From assembly GCA_964247055.1 (NCBI GenBank), contig OZ176051.1, positions 14,260,001 to 14,324,000 of the forward strand: a DNA stretch of 64,000 nucleotides, read 5' to 3'. Below, one piece after another: positions 51,906-64,000 of the stretch; the stretch's first letter is position 1; each line of letters starts with the position of its first letter. Origin of the DNA: Paragordius varius. Its lineage: Eukaryota > Animalia > Nematomorpha. The notes beneath the pieces are model-generated. The model was not told the origin of the DNA. It did not search any database and saw only the letters and a program-made list of their open reading frames with translations. The translations under genes and the position numbers were made by a program.

Positions 51906-53139
51906 CGTTTTAGATATAGTTTATAATATATATATAAATGAAAACAAAAAATCATTCAAAATATGCTATAATTTTGAGTTTTTACAATATGGATTAACAC
52001 AAAAGTTGGTATTTTTTTTTAAATAACTCGTTGGGCTCAACACCAAAAGCACAATGAAAATCCGATACATTATTGTAATAGAATTATAATATTCATTCAT
52101 CTCTTATACTCCCGGTTTTCGCACCGTATTATACAGTAAAAGATTCATATAAAAATTATGATTGCACAAAATTAAATTCCATATTTTCGAATTTTTGCTA
52201 TAGATCATTATATATAATTACAAAATTTATCTATTTGTTTGGTCCATATATCGAGCATAAAATGCTGTAGATTTCTCTTTTTCGATTTATCTCATTATAA
52301 TAACAGTCGCGATAAAGAAATTAGCTATTTATCATTATCACGATTTTATGTTCGAGTTTGTAAGGTTTAAGTTAAATAAACTATACAAACTAATTAAGCA
52401 AACGTAAATTTATAGAAAATTAACTGAAAATTTAAATTATATTTATAAACTAAAATTCTAAATGATAGGTACAACCCATCAATCGTTATCGCAGTAGTGC
52501 TTGTTAGCACTCATCAGTACGACACAACTATTTAACTTGGGGTTTTACATAAATTTTGTATATATTTATCATTTGCACTTCAGAATGTCCTTTAACAGTT
52601 CAAATTACTTCTTGAACATTTCAAGTTGGTCCTTGAACATTTTAAGTTGGTCTTTGAACACTTCAATCAAGTAGGTCCTTAAACATTTCAAGTTTGTCCT
52701 TAAAATTTTTAAATTTTAATTTAATCATAATATTGCATTTATTTTTTTATTTTATATTTTTTAACCTAATTTTCTTTATTTATTATATATTTATACATTT
52801 AAAAATAAAATTTTTTAAAAAACACCTTTTTGTTTCAAAATAATTTTTTTCCAATAAAATTATTAACTTTTAAATGTTTTTAATAAAAAATTTGGTATAA
52901 TAACCCAGAAAACTTATATATTTTTTAATTTCTTGTTAATTTCAAATAAATATTTTCAATAATTTAAAAAAATTAATGATACGGTTTTTGAATGATTAAA
53001 CCTTGATATTGATTTAAAATTTATGCTAAATAATAGAAAATAATTAAAAACGATAAGATAGATGAATGATATACGATTTCCAATTTGAAATGTTCAAGGA
53101 CCAACTTGAAGTGTTCGAGGACACTCTTGAAGTGCGATT

Positions 53140-53170
<31 letters not shown>

Positions 53171-56100
53171 CGAACTTGGCAATTTTGGTATAAATGCAGT
53201 CGGTTATACGAATTAAATTAAATTTAATTGACATTTATAAAAAAATTTATATAATTATTATCATATCTTCAGGATTTAACAACTGTTATTACAATACATT
53301 ACCAATCCGTCATTAATTTGGAATGTTTGGTATCAAACGGCCTTCATTAGCATCTGTAAAATATAGATTTATATATCCCTGTGAATGATCAAGCTATAAT
53401 AATTAAAAGTCTTTACACAATGAATAATACTAGTGTCCTTATTTTTCCAATAAAAATGTAAATTCATTTCAAAGCCTTATACATTATTTAAGAAAAAAAT
53501 ATACGCCTTTGAAATCGTAATGAAACCATTTTTATTCGCCAATAAAATTTTGATAGGTTCATCTACTTTCAAGGACAAATAATGGTCATTTTTATTTTTT
53601 TAACCATCGAATCTAACTTACATGGATATTTTTATTAGGGAAATAGATCACAAAATTATATAATGACAAAATATAAAAATTAATGATCTTTCAAATATTA
53701 TCATGAACGTTTTATAATTTTAGAAAAAATGTTGAGTTTTATATATAGGAGTAGTATTAAAAGTATAAAATAGCTTTACTTATAAAATCCAATTTTAACC
53801 AATCTTTTTCCGAATAAATTATATTTTATAAATATGCATGACGCGGGATATACTTTCATAAAAGCCTCCAAAACTTTTTAGAATTGTTGGAAAATTTTAT
53901 TACTCTTATTGATTGATTTTATAAAATTGTTAAAAATTAATATGTTTTAGAATAATGTGCCCAACATAAATGGCTTCATGGGCCGCATTTTTTACTGAAG
54001 TAATTCGGCGGGCCGCGTACATAATAATGCAAACATATGACACAATAGTTTTTGCCCAAACATAAAGCCGTTTGCCTACCATTTTTCAATTACTAATTTT
54101 TATTCAACTACATTAATTGATATAACTCTTTCGTTGATAAAAGTTGTCGTATTCAGTATTAAGGTTGTATAGAAATATTTGTATATGTAAAATTTTTTAC
54201 CATAGATTATCGATAAAACACATATAAATTCATATTAATGATAATCTTGTATTTTACAACTTGAATGACTACCAAATATTAGAAAACTAGTAGTAAACTA
54301 ATATTTAAAAAATCCGCAAACAATAATATTTTTAGAATTTACGCGCTTTTATAATATTTTAAAAGAGTATTGCAATTATAATGGTGTTAGTTTCTCTGTT
54401 TTTTTAACAAAAGACGACATATTAATGTAAATATCATCAAGATTAACCTTTATTAATTTGATTGGATTTTAATCTAAGCCTGCCTGAAATATTATGAATG
54501 TGTATTAAAATTGTAAACAAACTTTCTTTTTACAAAAGGGTTTGCTTTTATAAAATGGGCCAAGTAATAATGGTACGGGGTATGCATTGAAAAAAGTAGT
54601 TGTTGTTAGTTTCTATACCTTTTGGGGTAGTTTTATATCCCAATTTGAAATTTAAGTTTTTTATAACGTATTAATATTTAGCCGAATTTAAAAATATGAT
54701 TTCTTTAGCCTTTTAGGCGCATAATACAAATGTTTTTATAGAATGTAAGATTGTCATTTCAAACTTTTTCGCTGCCATTTTTTTTAAAGACAATAGGCAA
54801 GTAACTGAATATTATGGTAAGAAAATGTAAATATTACCTTTAGTAATGTTTCAGATGGCATTCTACCAGCAAAAACTTGAAATATATTGATTTTAAAATA
54901 AGCTATTTAGTCCAATCGTGTTTTGGAGCTGTTCCAATTTCAGACCCTCGAGTTACAATCTACTGTAAAAAGCTTTATTATTTATAAAAAACAATTTTTG
55001 AAAATTATATAAAAACCAATTTCAAAACAGTAGATTTACAATGAGCTCCGGAACATAAAACTACCCCAATATGTCATCGTGAACAAAAATTTGAAAAGGT
55101 CATGAAGTGTTTAATATTTAATATTAATTTATGGAAGATCTAATAAAAAAATAATACAATCCTGATGTATATTTGGTGTTTATATAAATTTTTTTTACAT
55201 ATTTAAAATCTGGTTATTTTTTTAAAAAAAAGCGTGATGGTATAGTAGGTAGGGCGCCGGACTCTAACTCTGCGTGCCAGAGTTCGAACCCCGAAACTAC
55301 GCATTTTTTCCATCATCACTGTCAGCCCTGGTCAGGCAGTCGAGTGTTAAAGGCTTCACATGTCCGGATACAATTTAAGTCCTTACCCTTTAATATAAAA
55401 GGAAAAAAGAGACTCTAAACTGTTTATTTTAAAGGCTTCCTAAATATGATTTTTAAATGTGATTTAAATACCCACGACATCATGGTTCTAATTCAATAAT
55501 CTTAATATATATTACTGTTTTATAATATTGATGTCCTCTTATACCAATATATGAGAAATTAAATTGAATATATATTAACGAACAAATCGATGCTGTCCGT
55601 AATATTTATTGAGATGTTTAATTTTTCTGATACATCAAGAATACAATAATCATTTTAAAATTGGCAAAGGATGAATTTATTATTATCAACTATCCATTAA
55701 AAATATTTAGGGAATTGTAAAAAAATGAAAACTATATAATTTTGATTATATTAAAATTTAAGGATGACCTTGGACGCACAAAAAGTCATGAAGCCGCCTG
55801 AATTATAAGATTAGATCTCTACATTTTTATCAATAAAAGTTGCAAAATGCAAGTTTAATTGTTAACCCTAAATTAATAATTTTTACAATTCGGCATTTTT
55901 CGTCCAATATTTTTAACTAATTTTTCTGCCACTCCATTTTTTGATATTAACCATTATTTTAACAGTAAATATAAAATAAAAATTATGATTCTACCTAAGA
56001 ATTTTTTGTAGTTTGATTATTTTTGATGCTTACTATATCAAAATTTTATTAAAAAATATTTTTCTTTGAAAATTACAACAACTGCCCATTTGTAATATAT

Positions 56101-57668
56101 TATTTGAAGAAAACTCTAAATACATATTAATATGTTTAACATGATAGTAAATGTTGGACATAGGAAGCGACAAACCCGCAAAGCGAGAACATTTTTGTCA
56201 ATATATATATTTTTATACCAATCGATGAAAATAGAAACTTTGTGTAGATAAGATGGCAATGAATGTCCAAAATAGATAATAAAAAGTTTTTTTTAAAACA
56301 CCTAAATTTTGCTTTTATGTCATTCAAAATATAAAATGATAATAAATTTTAATATCTCAAGTTTTTATTTTTTTATTAACTTTAATTTTCACTTTTTGCC
56401 CAATTTTGATTTTCTCACAATATTTTCAAAACTATGTCGGCAAAACAAAATTTTTTGCCGCAAATGAATTCGCTCGTTATGGACCTGATGATGAAAAAAA
56501 TTGCACAGTGTTATAAAACAAATTTTGTCCATGATTAAAAAACCATATTAATGTTTTGAGATTGAAGAAGATTGTTTAACCTTTCGATTCAAATTGGAGT
56601 ATAAAAAACTACTGTAAGAAACGGTTCCATAAATTTATGCTTCTATATTAATAAAAATTAAATAAATAAGCCAAAATATTTAAATTTAGTTTTGAAAAAA
56701 TGTTCCGTCTTAAACTACTTGGACGCTATTTTTATTTTAGAACATTTTTGCATAATATCGTGTTTATTTGATTTAAAATTAAAAATTAAATTTACTTTTT
56801 TATTAACATCACTAACATTGATATAAACGGAAAAACTGATATATTTTGCATAATTTTTTATATAAAGCTTACGCACATAGGTCATGTTGGCTAAATTTTT
56901 ACCTAATAAGTAATATCGAGTTTTAAATGTTTTTTTATATTTCGGATTATTTATGTTATACAAGTGCAAACTTTTGCCATGGCTTCAATTCATTCCATAT
57001 TTTTTGAAATATTTAATTTTAAACAAGGGGGCATCTAACTTCCCTAATTTGAATCGGACCGAAATGAATGTGTTGGAAACAAGTTTTATTTAAATATTTT
57101 GCTGTTTCCTATACAAGGTGGCCAACAACTATGTAAATAAGCCATCACAATTGTGCTTACTGTCTTTTCAAATAAAATGTTTTTTGAACAAATTATATTT
57201 TATTTTTTTAGCCTACACGGCTTTTTGCTTTAATAGGGTTATTATATGAACAAATTTTCAATGATTAATATGGTGACCAAAAAAATATTTCCTAATCCAA
57301 GATTATAAGTTATTTATAAAGTTTTTTAAATATAAGTTTACAATAAATACATTTATCCAAAGGTAAAAAATATGCCTATTTTTAATATGCCTATTTATTA
57401 ATAGGGTTAGTCTGAATCTATGAAAAGTTTTGATTATTTAAAAATGAAAAATAAACTAAAAATAAAAAATTTGGGATTAATGATATTAGATGAAAATTAT
57501 AATCTCAATTTTCCTCGTTTATTATTGTGTCAATTTTTGGCAGACTGCATTTGCCTGTGTAATATATTTAAATTTTAAGCATGCATGCGAATAATACATT
57601 TTTCATAAAACCTCTATTTTTATAAAATGTTTGCCTAACTTTTAAAGTTCACTGACCACTTTCTACCA

Positions 57669-57732
<64 letters not shown>

Positions 57733-60700
57733 TGTGTGTGTATAAAATAAATTTATCAACTTTAGGAAAAGTCTGAACTTTTAGGCTTTTATCCAGAATT
57801 CAGTGCATTAAAATTGTTATTCCATTAAGTTCGCAATGGTTGTTAACCAAAGTTGTGGTTACATTAGTAACTACTCTTTCTGACAGTACACAACTGAAAA
57901 AAAGTAATTAATTATTATGTTTGTTAGTTGCCTTTCTCTAACTTTACCTTTTTTTTCTATGTAAGAATAGTTGTTAAAATTAATTAATTAATTAATTTTA
58001 TTTGACAAGAAGCAAGCTGGCTTCCGACTTGTTTGGCACGTGTCTATCGATAAAAATTCATTTGGTATTAATGAAATGGTTTTTAGTTAATTAAACACAC
58101 ACATTACTAATCTAAATTAATTAATTTATTAATAGATATCAGCTTATGAGTCTGATGAGGTTAATTTAATTTAAGAAGGAAGAACCGAAAAATTATACCT
58201 TAAACTTTTGACAAGTTGGCAGTATCCTAATTACCTATATTTTGACAAAATAATTTTTGAACTTATAATTAAAGTTTCTTTTTTATTATTAAAATTATAA
58301 TATAAATACTTAAAAGCCATTAATCAATTTAAAAATTTGTAAGTTTAATGTCATATTCCATTTTATTATTATAATATAAATTTACAAATATTATATAGAT
58401 TTTTTACATATTTTTTGGATCACGTTTTCCTTGAACAAGAATCCACTTCTTTTATCAAAACCTGTGTCTATTAAAATAAATATAATACATTTATAAACAA
58501 CATTTTATATTTATTTTAATATAACGGTATTAACTGATAATAATACTAACATTAGCATTTTTAAATTAGGCAAGAGCAGTGGGAAAAACCTTGTTTGATG
58601 AAGTCTGTCAAAGTTTAAATTTGTTGGAATGCGACTATTTTGGTTTGGAATACGAAGATGCAGAAGGAAATAAGGTATCATTTTTGTCATAATTATATCA
58701 TTGTAGCTCTTTACAAATTATGTTGCATTGGGAAATAAAAAGTTTTATAATCATATATTTATAAAAATGGAAAGTGGTGGCTTTATGATCTGTTTCCGGA
58801 AAACCGATAGACGCATTCAAGTCCAAATATCAAAAAAATATAATCATTAATGAATGCCCCGACAATAGCTTCGCCCTTTTTTGAATTAGGCCCCCAGTTC
58901 GGCACCCCGTGTAAGAAACGGGTTTTTTTTGAAAACAGAAGCCCACAAAAATCGTGTCTTTGAGACAATTTTCCCTAAAACGTGTTTGACCATTCAATTT
59001 TAAATATGATTCTTTTTTACTAATTTTCGATTGCGCCGAACATCTCTCTTTTTACCCGCTGCCCCCGTAAAATGCCACTTTTTTCAAAAAATTAAGTCCA
59101 CAAAAATAATTTTTTGAATCTATTTTTCGCCCAACGTAGACCGTAAAAATTCAATAAGGATTCCACGTATTCCCTGGTAAAGGGCAAATATTTTAGTCAA
59201 GCGTTTCTTTGATGATAGCTGCTGGGTAAGGAGCTACCCGCTATAAACTGATCCGTCATATCGAAATAGTGTGCCTTTGAGGCTAAATTTCAAAGATCTA
59301 TCAGGCCAAATGAGTTCGATCCGTGCTTAAAATATTACCCGTAATAAGGCAAAAATTAAATCGTGTGGTTTTTTAAAATTAGCGGTTAATTTGGCCCTTC
59401 ATGCCCTGAAAAATGCGCCACCATATAATTTTTTTATTTTGAGGCAATCTCTCCGAAAACTAATGAGAGCATATGGAATCGATCATGATTCCAGGTATTC
59501 TCCGTAAAAAGGCAAAATTTTAATCAAACGCGTTTTTTGTATCAGCCTCTGGGTAGGGAGCTACCCGCCTACAACTGCGTTACCATATTTAAATTGCTTG
59601 TTTAGGAGTTAATTTTCAGAAAAAATATCTGGTATAAGTTTTATAAGGGCCTGAAATATTAACCGTAAAAAGGCCAAAATTTAAGTCGAGCGGTTTTTTT
59701 AAAATTAGCGGTTAAATAGGCCCTTTAGGCCATAAATGCGCTATCATTGAATTATTGTTTAGTTTTGATGCCATTCTTCCATAAACTATTAAGAGCATAT
59801 GGAATATATGATGATTTCAGGTATTCCCACATAAGGCAAATAATATTATTGTGTTTTTTTGATAGTGGCCTCTGGGTAGGCAGCTACCCGCCAAAAACTG
59901 CGCCACTATATCAAAATTGCGTTGTTTAGAAGTAATTTTCAGAAATCAGGCCATTTAAGTTTTATTAGGGCCTGAAATACCGTAAACGGCAAAACTTTAA
60001 TTTGAGCGTATTTTTAAATTAGCGGTTATAGGCTTTGGTTAGGGGGCTACCTGCGTAAAAATGCGTCACTATATCGATACATCACGCCTTTGGAGCCAAA
60101 TTTCAGAAAACATATGAGGCTATGTGAGTTCAACAAGGGCCTAAAATATTTATCACCCCTTAAAAAACAAAAATTTTAAAATAAGGGGTTATTTCAATGA
60201 GTCGCTAAAAAAAGTTTTATGCCCTAAAAAATTCGCCGCCATAGAACAATTTTTTGGTTTTGAAGCAATATTTTCAAGAATAGGAACATATGAACATTAT
60301 AATTCCAGATATTCCCCATATAAAGACAAAAATTTTGCCCGACGCTTTTTTATACCTGCCAAAAACTGTGCCACTATATAAAAATTTCGTTGTTTTGGAA
60401 TTAATTTAAAACTTATGCTATATGAGCTCATTTAAAGTTCGAAATATTACCCCCAGCTAGGTAAAAATTAAGGTCAGGCCTTATTTATTAACCGTTAATT
60501 TGGGGCCTTTATGCCCTAAAAATACGCCATCATATAACGTTTATTTAGTGTTGAGGTATTTTTTCATATAACCCATAAGACCATGGTCTCAAAGATGATT
60601 CCAAATATTTTCCCTATAAGTGCCAAAAATCCAACTTAGCGCTTTTTCCATATAGGCCAATGCGCAGGGGTCTATGGTTTTAAAACTGAGACGCCATACA

Positions 60701-61401
60701 AAAATGGCGTTTTAGAGCTAATTTTCAATTAAAAAGCTATACGAGTTCAATAAAGGCTTTAAATATTACACATAAAGGGTAAAAATTATAGTATAGCGGT
60801 TTTTTCCGTTAGCCGTCAATTTGGGGCCTTCACACCAGTAAACAATATATTAAATGCACCGTTTTGAAAATCCTATGAGTATCATAGCTATTAAATAAGG
60901 TTTCAAAATCCACATATATGGATCATTTTATTGTCCCTTTTTGGCACTATCTCCCTAAACAATTTTTTGTGAAAAACTAATTCCGGTTTTATAAAAATAG
61001 TCTGACACCAATTTGCTGTATTAAATTGTAATAACGTTAAACCATTTAGAATCACTGTTTTATATAAGCAATGATTTAATATATTTTTCAAAGAGCTGGT
61101 TAGATCCAGATAAAGTGATTGCTCATCAAATAGAAAGCATAAATACATCCTTACGACAAAACATTCTTTTCAAATTTTGCGTGAAATTTTATACCCCGGA
61201 TCCCACTCAGTTAGAAGAGGAATATACCAGGTAGATGATATGCTTTAAATATTATATATGTATGAACTCAAAAAATTTAAATGACATCATGTCAAATTTT
61301 TAGATACCTCTTTTGCCTACAACTGAAACGGGATTTAGCCGATGGAAGTTTACCTTGTTCAGATAATACCTCAGCTCTTCTGGCATCGTATATTGTCCAA
61401 G
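46872..61401 (+). CDS. FERM, RhoGEF and pleckstrin domain protein (FARP/CDEP-like), 5' part only; the gene continues beyond the last exon found
   Basis: Exons 46872-47183, 58570-58674, 61094-61230, 61304-61401; introns 11386, 2419 and 73 nt. [16 protein letters not shown]|[28 protein letters not shown]|SWLDPDK...[19 protein letters not shown]|[32 protein letters not shown] is an N-terminal FERM domain closest in memory to FARP1/2. Confidence 0.85.
48344..48625. mobile_element. About 280-bp foldback MITE, Tc1/mariner-like TACAGT end
   Basis: Long imperfect inverted arms (ATTATACGGACAAAA / TTTTGTCCGTATAAT; ACCATACTTTTT / AAAAAGTATGGT). Confidence 0.7.
54606..55113. mobile_element. Uninterrupted copy of the TTAA element that is interrupted at 61530-63490
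   Basis: Same right end AAAAGGTCATGAAGTGTT and homologous interior (TAGCCTTTTAGGCGCAT, CAAACTTTTT). Confidence 0.7.
55232..55410 (+). mobile_element. tRNA-derived SINE (or tRNA pseudogene with a GC-richer body)
   Basis: A-box TGGTATAGTAGG and B-box GTTCGAACC. Acceptor stem GCGTGAT/ACTACGC is imperfect; anticodon and T stems are broken. About 100-bp body, then an A-rich end. Confidence 0.65.
58760..60900 (-). repeat. Dispersed element with an internal degenerate tandem array (about 160-bp monomers, about 325-bp dimers)
   Basis: CTGGGTAxGxAGCTACCCG at about 59222, 59550 and 59872. TTCCAxxTATTxxC at about 59161, 59490, 59817, 60303 and 60599. Confidence 0.8.
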
Positions 61402-61529
61402 GTAATTTTCGGATAAGCCTTAATAAATGGAATGAACAATAAATACCTTTTCTCAACCGCCTAAAAAATCTGGATTTTTAATTGCACCTTACACTAACAA
61501 GGGGTTTAGGCAATAAAGCTACAATAACA

Positions 61530-63490
61530 TTAACACTTCATGACCTTTTGGGGAGTTTTATATCCCAGAGCGATTAAACATTTGAATATCTTAATTAAGT
61601 TATTAAGCCGAATTTTAAAAGATGATATTTTAGCCTTTTAGGCGCATTATACAAAAAAAATTAAAAAAATGTAAAACTGAAATCCTAATCTCAAACTTTT
61701 TTGCCGTCATTTTTTTTCTTTAAAAGCTTTAGCCATGAATGTATATTATTAGGAAATCTTTTTAAGAGCCTACATTTTACCAGTTAACTTGATATATATT
61801 GATTTTAATATCAAGTGTCCGTTTCAGTCATGGTTTGGAGTTTGTCATAATTTTAGACATTAGGGTCCATGTGAATGAGCCAGTAGGCTCATTCACCACT
61901 TTTAATGATCCAGGTGAATGAGCCTTCCTCATCCTGTTGAGATGGAGGAATTTTTAAACCTGGTTTTTTCAGGATTAAGGTTGTTACAAAAGCCGATATC
62001 TCGAGAACTAGGAAGAATTTTTGGAATCTGCAAACTGTATTAGCCTAAATAAAGTATATTTAATATATGTATATGGTAGGTTTTGGAAATTTTGGACATG
62101 GATTAAAAAATATTTTTCGGGCAAATGCTTACTAAAGGTTAGATGCTTTATTTTTATATATTTAGCCAAGAAATGGTAGTTAGTTCGAGTTTATAAGCAA
62201 GTTTAACTGAATATTTAGAAAATCATTGTATAACTACTGATATGTTCAAATAATTTTTTTCTCACTTGAAACCATTCTAAATGGTAAAATAATCAGGGAT
62301 ACTATCGAGTATTTTAAATTTGGTTTATTTTAGACATGAAACTCTGCTACTTACTAATGATAATCGGAGTATTCGGTAATACATATTTCTATAAAAGCGA
62401 TAGGTAACATTGAGGAAAATGAGTTAGCAAACTTTTATCAGAAGATCAGACAACACCTATATTGAATAGCCATCAGACAGGAGTAAATCGGAGAAACGAA
62501 ATTTGACATAATTTTATTTATAATTTATTTTTACACAATAAATGAATATATTTTATAAATGTATTATTGGTTTGGCTCAGTTATTGGGATTCCATGGATT
62601 AATTTACGATATATGTCTCTATCATTTGTTGCGTTTCGAGGTATGTTCAGGAATTTAAAGTCTTGTTCTATAATTTGAGTCCAAGTTGTTTTAGGCCTCC
62701 CTTGTTAAGAGCAGGGATCTACAAATCAAGAATTTCTTTTGCAGGTGAGTCTTTACTGGATCTGTCTATGTGTCCAAAATACCGAAGTCTATTTGTTCTG
62801 ATTAAAGCTGTTATTGGTTATAGAATGGTAGAATTTATCATCATATAGCATTTTGTCTTCCGTTCTTTTCAATCTCGATTCTAATGTTTTTGTGATTGCC
62901 CAATTTAAATATTGATCATTTCTTCGGCTAAAGCCTCTCAGACCTTAAGCTTTTCGTCATTGCAGAATTTATTTACGGATTCATAAAGATGCACAGATAT
63001 CTCGAAATTATTTAGACAAAACTTTAAGACCCGCATATAAATCGCGTGTAACTGTTTTCATCATATTGATAAAAATACAAAACAGGCCTTCTCCATTGCA
63101 AAATTTATTTACGGTATTCATAAAGATGGATGGATATCTATAAATTATTTGAACAAAATAACCTAAATAGCGTGTAGAAATGTTATCCTTCACACTGATA
63201 AAAATTTCAAAACTTTCACCTCAAAAACTCAATCACCTCCCTCAAACATATGATTCCTCATAATCCATAATCCAGGTGAATGAGCTTGAAAATTGGCTCA
63301 TTCACATGGCCCTAGAAGTCACAAAACTAAAAAATATACCTTTTTAACGTCTACATAAGAACATGTTTGATAATTGAATTTTAATGAAAACTTTCTAAAC
63401 AGTGGTTTATTTGCAAAATTGAACTCTGGGATATAAAACAACCCCAATATGTCATTGTGGACATATAATTAAAAGGTCATGAAGTGTTAA
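61530..63490. mobile_element. TTAA-flanked TIR element containing a TA-flanked TIR element (61861-63314), which contains an RTE 3' fragment (about 62585-62830, -)
   Basis: Outer perfect 20-bp TTAACACTTCATGACCTTTT / AAAAGGTCATGAAGTGTTAA. Inner TAGGG(T)CCATGTGAATGAGCC at both ends. The LINE piece encodes RLRYFGHIDR and GRPKTTWTQII. Confidence 0.85.
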
Positions 63491-64000
63491 ATAATTTTCT
63501 CTTAAAACAAATCCCAGAAAAATGTTCTAAAAATTTATAAATTTTAAAAAGATAAAATTATTTTTGTACTTAACAATATTCCCTTTAAAGGGAATCTATG
63601 AATTTTTAGAATACCTTAAAGCTAAATTATATTTAAGTAGTCAATTTAAATTTAAGAGTAAGTTGCGGATCGTATTTTAAATAAACTCTATTTCTCTTTT
63701 ATATGTGGATGTATAAACACGGAAGATTCCTAACTAAACCATATAAACGCAAGATATATTTTATTTAGAATATTCTATCGAAAATAATTCTAATGAGTTG
63801 AAGAATATTTATTTAAATTGTTATATTTAAAATGGTTTAAAATAATATTTTGTTATTGTCCTCGGAATTATACAAACTCCACAAGAAAAAGCAACAAATA
63901 TTGAAAATACTATGGCATATAAATTTTAGATAATGTTAATGATCCCAACTCAAAATGATTTATTTAAAAATACATTTTAAGATTTTATTTCATTAATTTA

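Noticed and set aside
55232-55303. Amber suppressor tRNA (CTA anticodon)
   Set aside because: The anticodon and T stems do not pair properly and the sequence runs into a SINE-like body.
59150-60900. CRISPR-like repeat-spacer array
   Set aside because: The sequence is eukaryotic, whole units are homologous with no unique spacers, and no cas genes are present.
61402-64000. Next FARP-like exon (expected E-x-G-D-Y/F)
   Set aside because: No phase-1 exon with matching residues was found; it probably lies beyond the window.
1-64000. Selenoprotein gene or SECIS element near SEPSECS
   Set aside because: No in-frame TGA in a conserved context and no SECIS-like hairpin were recognised by eye.

Overview
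Strongly AT-rich eukaryotic genomic DNA with spliceosomal introns (GC judged by eye, not computed). The gene set points to an invertebrate animal; the exact taxon cannot be fixed from this window. Hand-built gene models: a histidine acid phosphatase (-), HAUS6 (-, 10 exons), an orphan 238-aa gene head-to-head with HAUS6 (+, 4 exons), GTF2F2 (+, 4 exons), SEPSECS (+, 10 exons), SDHD (-, 3 exons), and the first four coding exons of a FARP/CDEP-type FERM gene (+). The rest is dense TE material: a nearly intact RTE LINE, decayed RTE, hAT, mariner and Penelope-like elements, many MITE families, a tRNA-derived SINE and a satellite-bearing repeat. Main finding: five genes need ultra-short GT-AG introns of 21-41 nt to give their reading frames. 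All 8 introns starting within 300 nt of an ATG are 21-41 nt, while 20 of the 21 further downstream are 61 nt to 11.4 kb. This is the reverse of the usual long-first-intron pattern. All models come from manual translation and remembered protein families, without RNA data or database searches.
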